Assembly: GCA_964645315.1 (NCBI GenBank)
Contig: CAZYBH010000003.1
Location: forward strand, 5,789-69,788
From: an uncultured Candidatus Saccharibacteria bacterium
GTDB taxonomy: Bacteria > Patescibacteriota > Minisyncoccia > Phycocordibacterales > PALSA-1337
Direction: 5' to 3'
DNA length: 64,000 nucleotides
The notes under the pieces: model-generated
What the model was told of the DNA's origin: nothing
Databases searched by the model: none
What the model saw: only the letters and a program-made list of their open reading frames with translations
Translations under genes and position numbers: made by a program
In this document: positions 57,741-64,000 of the stretch, in pieces
Layout: each line of letters begins with the position of its first letter
Numbering within the stretch: position 1 is the stretch's first letter

Positions 57741-58414
57741 TACCAGATTTTACATAGATATTTTTTATCTATAATTTTTCTCAAATCTTTATTTTTACCA
57801 GTGAAATAATCTTTGATCGCCCCGCTTACCAGATCGGATAATTGCATAGCGTTAACATACTCAGAATTAACATGAGTTATGTGTTTTATACGCTTAACGG
57901 TTTTTGTATTTACGCGATCAAATAAGTAATCATCGAAACTACTAAAATAATCACCGTTAAACATTCTCCTATCTGCACGATCAATTACAACTTCAGACTC
58001 TATGAGATTCTGTTTTCTGGTAGCAAATAAAACAAGTTTTGATAAATTGTAGTCATCAAATATATTATGTAACTTTGCATGACCAGATACTGCAAATTTA
58101 CCTTTGTAAGTTCTTTTATCAATAAGGCGAAAGTAAATCTGGATCTCAATTTTGTTTATGATTCCAAGCAGATCCTTATACATATCAAGTGGAATTTTTG
58201 TAGACTTTATTTCGCTTCTAAAGCCATACTTATGACGGATTTCCATAATCTCATTTTCTAAAGCAAATAGTTTTGTTGAATCCAGATATATTGCGGTCAA
58301 AATATAAAAAAGACTTGCTCCTGTCTCGACCTTGCTTCCTGTAGCATCATTTTCATACGGCTTCCCAGGATCGCCTGATTCGTCTATAAAAATGTAGTGT
58401 TGAATATTGGACAT
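57740..58414 (-). CDS. DUF3800 domain protein
   Basis: YIFIDESGDPG, SEIK, VVID, MQLSDLVSG motifs. Confidence 0.85.
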   Translation of the reverse strand: MSNIQHYIFIDESGDPGKPYENDATGSKVETGASLFYILTAIYLDSTKLFALENEIMEIRHKYGFRSEIKSTKIPLDMYKDLLGIINKIEIQIYFRLIDKRTYKGKFAVSGHAKLHNIFDDYNLSKLVLFATRKQNLIESEVVIDRADRRMFNGDYFSSFDDYLFDRVNTKTVKRIKHITHVNSEYVNAMQLSDLVSGAIKDYFTGKNKDLRKIIDKKYLCKIW

Positions 58415-58418
58415 ACTT

Positions 58419-58592
58419 TTAGTGTTTCGTTACATCAACTAGTTTATAAGACGATCCAGGTTTCGGTGTTGGTGGTAAGATCTTCCCTCGAACTCCAGTA
58501 ATCTCCTCACCTGTTTTTCCACCTCTCGGACCAATTCTCTCATATTGACCTGATTTAGGAACTGGTTGTCCTGGTTTTAGTATTTTAGACAT
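58419..58592 (-). CDS. YjzC-like small protein (57 aa)
   Basis: MSKILKPGQPVPKSGQYERIGPRGGKTGEEITGVRGKILPPTPKPGSSYKLVDVTKH; not in ORF track. Confidence 0.8.
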   Translation of the reverse strand: MSKILKPGQPVPKSGQYERIGPRGGKTGEEITGVRGKILPPTPKPGSSYKLVDVTKH

Positions 58593-58594
58593 AA

Positions 58595-59167
58595 CTATTC
58601 TTGATTATTAGAATCTGATAATATAACTTCTTCACAATAAGTATCTGAAAACTTTTTAAGTTCAATCTTAATCTGTTTTAACTCACCATCCATGATTGCT
58701 TCTGTAGCTTTTATTGTTTTAGGAATCAGTAATTTAACACCTCCAGTGAAATCAAATACATGTACTGAATTCCCGGCATCTGTACTAAAAGCACCAGTAT
58801 TTTGGGTAGATTTAATATTTTCTGTCAAAGTATTTTGCTTTTTGGGGCGGCTAATTACTTTAGGTGACCATCCTGCCATCTTTGTTGGGTCAATTCCATA
58901 TTTTTCAAAATCTGAAAGTGCCTTTAGTACTCGCGATTTGTATGTTGCTAATGAACCCGCACTGAAATTTTTATTTTTAGAGAAAACACTTTGGTATATT
59001 TGATCTATATTCTTCCTAAACTCTTCCACAGAATTACGTTCCTCATCGTTCAACTCGGCGTCAAAAAGTTTTAACGCGGTTTTTAATGCCATACCAGTAT
59101 TTTCTGGATATTTCCTACTTTTTATAGCCCTGTCCACGAAATCATATATATCTTGAATTTTTTTCAT
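58595..59167 (-). CDS. hypothetical helical protein, first gene of a three-gene operon
   Basis: Start refined to MKKIQD; TTGACT-17-TATGAT promoter upstream. Confidence 0.75.
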   Translation of the reverse strand: MKKIQDIYDFVDRAIKSRKYPENTGMALKTALKLFDAELNDEERNSVEEFRKNIDQIYQSVFSKNKNFSAGSLATYKSRVLKALSDFEKYGIDPTKMAGWSPKVISRPKKQNTLTENIKSTQNTGAFSTDAGNSVHVFDFTGGVKLLIPKTIKATEAIMDGELKQIKIELKKFSDTYCEEVILSDSNNQE

Positions 59168-59302
59168 AGAATTGTTTACGCAAACTAATAATATGTCCAT
59201 CATATCAAAATGAACTATATTAGTCAAGTAAAATCACGACTTAATTGAGATATACCATCAAATACGGCTATATTCAAGGCTTAAATATATGGCCGTCATA
59301 TC

Positions 59303-62300
59303 TTAATCAGTACGAACTAAATCAATCTCTCGCATAATCCTGTCTGTTTCAATAAGCAATGTAATTATTTTTTGATAGTGTTTTAAATCATCACTGGATA
59401 ATGTTCTACCTTGCCGGTCTTTAAGCCATTTTTGCACAGGTTGATATGCTCCTATCGTAAAGTTCCAGGCAGTTTCTGGTACATTGCCGAAATATTGTGT
59501 CTGATTAATAAAAACTTTCCCATCTTTATATTTTGGGTACTTCTCGTCCACGACATCAGTTCCAACCTCAGGGAATGTAGTGAGTAACGTATTTAATTTT
59601 GAAGATTCCATCAAGTGGAGTTCTCTTAACTCTTTACCTAGTTTTACCAACGAATTAAATATGGCCTTATCTTTTGGATAAGGTACTCTCGGGAAATCAA
59701 TCTTCAAAAACTCTACATACTTCTTACGATAATCGGGTGAATATAGAACGGCGTATACATAATCGAAGACGTCTTCAGGGGTAATTTTGTTTACAATCTT
59801 TTCAAAGTTGTTAATAATTTCCTTGTTCAAATTTATGACTTTAGAGCCATCATTTGCATAAAGGTATAGAGGTAATACATAGTCAATTTCACTTGTCTTA
59901 TTTGATATAAGGGTCGATTCAGTAATATACTTTGAAACCAATACATGCTGATACACATCTCCGGATTTTATCTGCCTTAAAACATTCAAAACAATGTTCC
60001 CTTTAGATAAATGTTGCATGACAACTTTTCTTGATCGCTCTACAAAATCATCACTGTAATAGATGAATCGATCATCAAATGGGCGATAACTTATTGGTAC
60101 TAGATTAGTCTCATCATATTGGTGTTTGAGTGCATTTACCGCTTTCCATTTCAAGTTTTCTTTTAGATCAAACTTCTTCAGCGCATCTTTTGCATCCTCG
60201 GTCCTTAGAAAATCAATTATGCGATCTTTCAGGGTTTGTTTATTAAAATCGATCACAAAAGCGTCGCGCGAAGTTACGATACCAACGCTTGATATAGGAA
60301 AAAGATCCGCTACGGAAAAACCCTTTCTATATTCTTCCAGAGTTTTCGTATCTCGTGCCACCCACTCAAAATTCGGAGCAGAAGGTTTTATCTCAGTCCA
60401 TTCCAAGGTATCAAGAGACCCATCGTTAAGGTATCCGAATTTATGATTACGAGCCCCATAAGAATCTGCTTTGAATACCTTACAGTTTTTTGGTGATTTA
60501 CCCTTATGCTTAATACCTATGAATATTGAGACTCCTGTTTTTATATTAAATACATTCTCATCTTTGCTTCCATCAAGAGCTTTTTCCTTTTTGTTTGCGT
60601 TTCCGTGGAGATCAAGCACGTATATCTTTTCAAATGTCTGCATCAAATGATGGCGCATTCCACGGAAGGTTGGATTATCAATATATCCATGTGCTGTAAT
60701 CATGGCCACAACGCCTTCATCTGTTTTTTCAATCATGCTTTCAGCCAATCTGATGAATTTTACATAGTCGTCGTTAAGCCACTTTGAATTTCTTTCCTGT
60801 AACTTACCCCCACCTGGTTCGGCTTTGTATACATCATTACCTTTATAGTGAGCGTTGCTTGATTCACCGGAATAGGGAGGGTTACCAATGACTACCATAA
60901 TCGGCAATTCATTTTTTACCTTATTCGCCTGATTGGATTCTTCTGTAATAGCTTTTCCAAGCCCAATATCAAAGAGGGTCTTCTCCTGTATTTCAGCTTT
61001 CTCAAGAGAGTTTGTCAGGTATATACCAAGACGAGTGTTTTCTATTTTTGCGCCACTCTCAGCGATCGTGGATGAAAGTTTAAGATGGGCAATCGTGTAC
61101 GACGCCATCATAAGCTCGAAACCGTGCATTCGCGGTAAAAGATCTTCATTCACATATGAAGACCACCTACCTTCCTGTCCTATAAAAGATTTCTTTATAT
61201 GAAGTATTGCTTCATTTAGAAATGTTCCGGTACCCGTTGCCGGATCAAGTACCTGAACTTTATGTACAGACACTTTTCCACGCTTTCCCTGAACCTCTCT
61301 ACTAATACTTATCTTAGAATTATCGGCAAGACCTTGAGGCAAATCAAATTCCTTTTTTAGAATGTCATCAACGGCACGGATAATAAAACGAACTACAGGG
61401 AGTGGTGTATAGAAAACACCCATCTTCTTACGTTCTGCGGAATCATATTCCTGAAGGAAGTCCTCATAAAAATGAATGATGGGGTCTTTGCTTTCATGGA
61501 CTTTTCCAAAAAGATCGGTTTTGTAATATTTATGTATAATTTCTTTAACATCTGCATGGTTAAATTCCTCACACAACTCATTAACTATATATTCGATTCG
61601 ATTATCGAAAGACGATCCTGCGATATGATTAAAGAACTCTCTCAAAAATGGATTTGATGGTGGTATAAGATCGCGAGCTTCTTGTCTAGTAAAATTCTCT
61701 TGCGTTTTATCATTAAATCGTGCAACAAAAAGTCCATATACTAGTGTTTGTGCATACATATCAGCAAACTTTGTATGATCTAGATCAGCCAAAAGTAATT
61801 TTTTTATAACTTCATAAACACCAAGAAGATTTTCATTTCTTGGGTTTCTTTCATCTTCTAAAAACTTTTTTACATTATCTCTTATACGACGAGCTTTTCC
61901 CGCCATAACCTTCGAAAGCACTGCGCCAGATCTTATAGGTTCCTTGGACTTTTTGATAAAATCGAAGATTGTATCTGCCAGTAATTGAAAATACTTTTCG
62001 TCCGCGGAAACAATACCATTATCAAGTTTACCAATAATAACCGGATCGACTTGACGCGTACCATTTACATAAAAACGAAAATCCAAACCATTAGTAAGTA
62101 TAATGTTTGAATAGCCGTAATATCGGACCATTTGTTCACTTTTTTCTATATCATCTAGCAGGACATCAATATCTTTCGCTTCTGCATAGGCTACAACTAA
62201 TTTTTCCTTAAGAAATATAAAATCTGGAGCACCATGTTCGCTGCGCTTTGGTTCATTTATGACATTCAAGCTAGTTATCTTTTCAAAAAGTTCTTTAAGT

Positions 62301-62383
62301 GCTGGACGATAAGAATGTTCTCGTGCATGACCACTACTGTGTGTTTCTATTACTTTTTGAATAAAAGCTGAAACAGGATTCAT
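59303..62383 (-). CDS. single-chain restriction-modification enzyme (nuclease + N6-MTase + Type ISP-like specificity domain, no helicase)
   Basis: APDF...EAK nuclease motif, DPATGTGTFL, GNPPY, YRPFD in the C-terminal region. Confidence 0.88.
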   Translation of the reverse strand: MNPVSAFIQKVIETHSSGHAREHSYRPALKELFEKITSLNVINEPKRSEHGAPDFIFLKEKLVVAYAEAKDIDVLLDDIEKSEQMVRYYGYSNIILTNGLDFRFYVNGTRQVDPVIIGKLDNGIVSADEKYFQLLADTIFDFIKKSKEPIRSGAVLSKVMAGKARRIRDNVKKFLEDERNPRNENLLGVYEVIKKLLLADLDHTKFADMYAQTLVYGLFVARFNDKTQENFTRQEARDLIPPSNPFLREFFNHIAGSSFDNRIEYIVNELCEEFNHADVKEIIHKYYKTDLFGKVHESKDPIIHFYEDFLQEYDSAERKKMGVFYTPLPVVRFIIRAVDDILKKEFDLPQGLADNSKISISREVQGKRGKVSVHKVQVLDPATGTGTFLNEAILHIKKSFIGQEGRWSSYVNEDLLPRMHGFELMMASYTIAHLKLSSTIAESGAKIENTRLGIYLTNSLEKAEIQEKTLFDIGLGKAITEESNQANKVKNELPIMVVIGNPPYSGESSNAHYKGNDVYKAEPGGGKLQERNSKWLNDDYVKFIRLAESMIEKTDEGVVAMITAHGYIDNPTFRGMRHHLMQTFEKIYVLDLHGNANKKEKALDGSKDENVFNIKTGVSIFIGIKHKGKSPKNCKVFKADSYGARNHKFGYLNDGSLDTLEWTEIKPSAPNFEWVARDTKTLEEYRKGFSVADLFPISSVGIVTSRDAFVIDFNKQTLKDRIIDFLRTEDAKDALKKFDLKENLKWKAVNALKHQYDETNLVPISYRPFDDRFIYYSDDFVERSRKVVMQHLSKGNIVLNVLRQIKSGDVYQHVLVSKYITESTLISNKTSEIDYVLPLYLYANDGSKVINLNKEIINNFEKIVNKITPEDVFDYVYAVLYSPDYRKKYVEFLKIDFPRVPYPKDKAIFNSLVKLGKELRELHLMESSKLNTLLTTFPEVGTDVVDEKYPKYKDGKVFINQTQYFGNVPETAWNFTIGAYQPVQKWLKDRQGRTLSSDDLKHYQKIITLLIETDRIMREIDLVRTD

Positions 62384-62459
62384 AATTAAAGAGCATTATA
62401 GCATTTTGAGCGCCAAAAATAAAGGTATTTTCCCCTTAACCCGTATTCAGTCCCCTCAT

Positions 62460-62512
62460 ATTAAAACTTAACGCCTTAACTTTTAATTTGCCCAATTCAA
62501 ATTAAAAGTTAC
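62460..62512. repeat. three-arm AT-rich palindromic motif, copy 2
   Basis: ATTAAAACTT-N8-AACTTTTAATTTG-cccaatt-CAAATTAAAAGTTAC. Confidence 0.65.
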
Positions 62513-62533
62513 GTGCGATCTAAAGGGGCATAT

Positions 62534-62881
62534 TTACAACCTATCATACTTCGTATGCTTCCCCTTGGCCTTTTCCTCGGGATACTTAGCTTCATTGATT
62601 TTCAACTTGCGGTCGAGGGCGGAGAGAATGTCGATATCGAGATCATGACTCATGAGGAGGACCCAATAGAGAACATCAGCCAACTCTTCACCTATTGCTG
62701 TTTTGTTTTCTTTAATATATTTTTCCATTTCCTCAACACTTTTCCACTGAAAATGTTCCATCACTTCAGTGGCCTCAAGGACAAGTGACAAGGCAACATC
62801 TTTTGGATTATGGAATTGTTTCCAGTCTCGCGCGTCGCGGAATTTAATTATCCGATCAGTCAAAGTCTTAATATTAGACAT
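62534..62881 (-). CDS. MazG-like nucleotide pyrophosphohydrolase
   Basis: RDWKQFHNPKD, EATEVMEHFQW, EELADV, NEAKYP. Confidence 0.9.
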   Translation of the reverse strand: MSNIKTLTDRIIKFRDARDWKQFHNPKDVALSLVLEATEVMEHFQWKSVEEMEKYIKENKTAIGEELADVLYWVLLMSHDLDIDILSALDRKLKINEAKYPEEKAKGKHTKYDRL

Positions 62882-62932
62882 ATATTTTAATAGAAAAACT
62901 CTACCACTTTACCGGCCAAAAATAAAGCTATT

Positions 62933-63574
62933 TTACACCCCACCCCAATCCTTCTCATCACCCTCTACCATCACAACAAAATCAATTCCCTGCTCGGATA
63001 AAATCTTCTTTGGAATGATATGGGCAGCGCCGAAGCGGGTGCCATCGTGGACTGGAAAAGCAAATTTTGGTTTGATCTCAAGGGCGAAGTCGATGGCCTC
63101 ACCAAGTTTCATCCAGGGACCAGAGACTGGGAGAGCCAAGATCTCGACTTTTTTATTTGGATTTGTAAATGAATCACCGGGATACCAAAAACGATTGTCG
63201 AAAAAGAAACCAATATTTGCACTTTGAGGAATACTTCTGTGCATTTGGGCATGTTTGGTGCCGATACCAGCAACTGTCAAACCATCAAGATCGATAATGT
63301 CGCCATCTTTGACCAAATTATGTGAAATATTTTCTTTTGACAATAGATCGCTGACCGAGCTATTTGCATAAACAATAATTTTTGGATTATTGGTCAAAAT
63401 AATCTTTAGAGAATCAATGTGGAAGTGATCAGCATGCTCATGTGTAAAAAATACATAATCTATATCTTTTAATTTCACCTGACTTTCAATTGTATAATTA
63501 CCTGGATCTGTAAGAATCCTTTTTCCTTTACATTCGATAAGCATGCAACAGTGACCCATTTTTGTTATTTTCAT
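62933..63574 (-). CDS. MBL-fold metallo-hydrolase
   Basis: THEHADH, PGDS, PVHDG. Confidence 0.88.
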   Translation of the reverse strand: MKITKMGHCCMLIECKGKRILTDPGNYTIESQVKLKDIDYVFFTHEHADHFHIDSLKIILTNNPKIIVYANSSVSDLLSKENISHNLVKDGDIIDLDGLTVAGIGTKHAQMHRSIPQSANIGFFFDNRFWYPGDSFTNPNKKVEILALPVSGPWMKLGEAIDFALEIKPKFAFPVHDGTRFGAAHIIPKKILSEQGIDFVVMVEGDEKDWGGV

Positions 63575-63670
63575 ATTTACATTCTACCACTTAACTTGTG
63601 TTTTGTATATATTTGTGTAATATGAGGTTGGAAACCGTAGTAACAAACTGAATAAAAGGAATCAACTCGA

Positions 63671-64000
63671 ATGAAAGCGCTGAGACCTTACATTGGAATC
63701 ACGGGATTCAAAACTCCCGAGCAGGTCAGCCGTTTGGCTCAAGTCTTCGCTCACAACAAGAAGCCTGGTTCCGACCGGCTTCTGCACGTCGGTGTGATGA
63801 TGGGTTTAAGGACTTTGAATAAACTCACGTCACGATTCACCAATGTCTTCCCTACAAGTGATACCGTGCGTGACATCTATGCCGTTCGTCATCAAGGTAC
63901 ATACAATTGCCTTCATTGGGCGGATTACATAAACGACACTGAATGGACCGATCTCGAAAAAGCAATCGACCTTTGCGGGCCAAACCTCGACGCTGTCCAA
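63671..64000 (+). CDS. hypothetical protein (partial, runs off window end)
   Basis: MKALRPYIGITGFKTPEQV... open to the window end; AAAGGA leader. Confidence 0.65.
   Translation, partial: MKALRPYIGITGFKTPEQVSRLAQVFAHNKKPGSDRLLHVGVMMGLRTLNKLTSRFTNVFPTSDTVRDIYAVRHQGTYNCLHWADYINDTEWTDLEKAIDLCGPNLDAVQ

Noticed and set aside
349-63227. Numerous short ORFs antisense to or nested in long genes (e.g. 18903-19358, 28892-29221, 38448-38909, 54142-54555)
   Set aside because: These are shadow frames of well-supported genes, with no motifs or expression signals.
1-64000. Prophage, retron/DGR, or alternative genetic code
   Set aside because: No structural phage genes or reverse transcriptase motifs were seen, and conserved genes translate full-length with TGA used as a stop.

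Overview
This AT-rich bacterial chromosome segment uses the standard genetic code, and its gene content and compact layout suggest Patescibacteria/CPR (Parcubacteria-like; an inference). Housekeeping genes include leuS (with a NUDIX insert), ychF, zwf, ddl, uvrC-like, uvrA, clpB, proS, rseP, frr, holB-like, mreB, murA, priA-like, def, fmt and hpf, plus tRNA-Ala(TGC) and a tRNA-Asn(GTT) split by a 251-nt group I intron. A ~12.2-kb element is integrated at the 3' end of that tRNA-Asn (37989-50196). It carries a large serine recombinase, a Rep-like HTH gene and a coupled mod-res-SIR2-HerA defence operon. Its inferred excision would swap the recombinase's tRNA-derived 7-aa tail for an in-frame 41-aa tail. 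An accessory region follows, with a single-chain RM gene, MazG, and an unknown-YjzC-DUF3800 operon. Patterns not explained by the annotation: (i) three extra copies of the ychF 3' end, each at the end of a small accessory gene like a cassette att site; (ii) three nuclease-type loci each faced by a convergent promoter driving a ~60-nt hairpin RNA; (iii) a 30-bp hairpin repeat inserted in frame in leuS and ychF in opposite orientations; (iv) widespread TANNNT-N6-ATG leaderless starts; (v) several structured non-coding elements. Family assignments come from motif recognition by eye, not from database searches.
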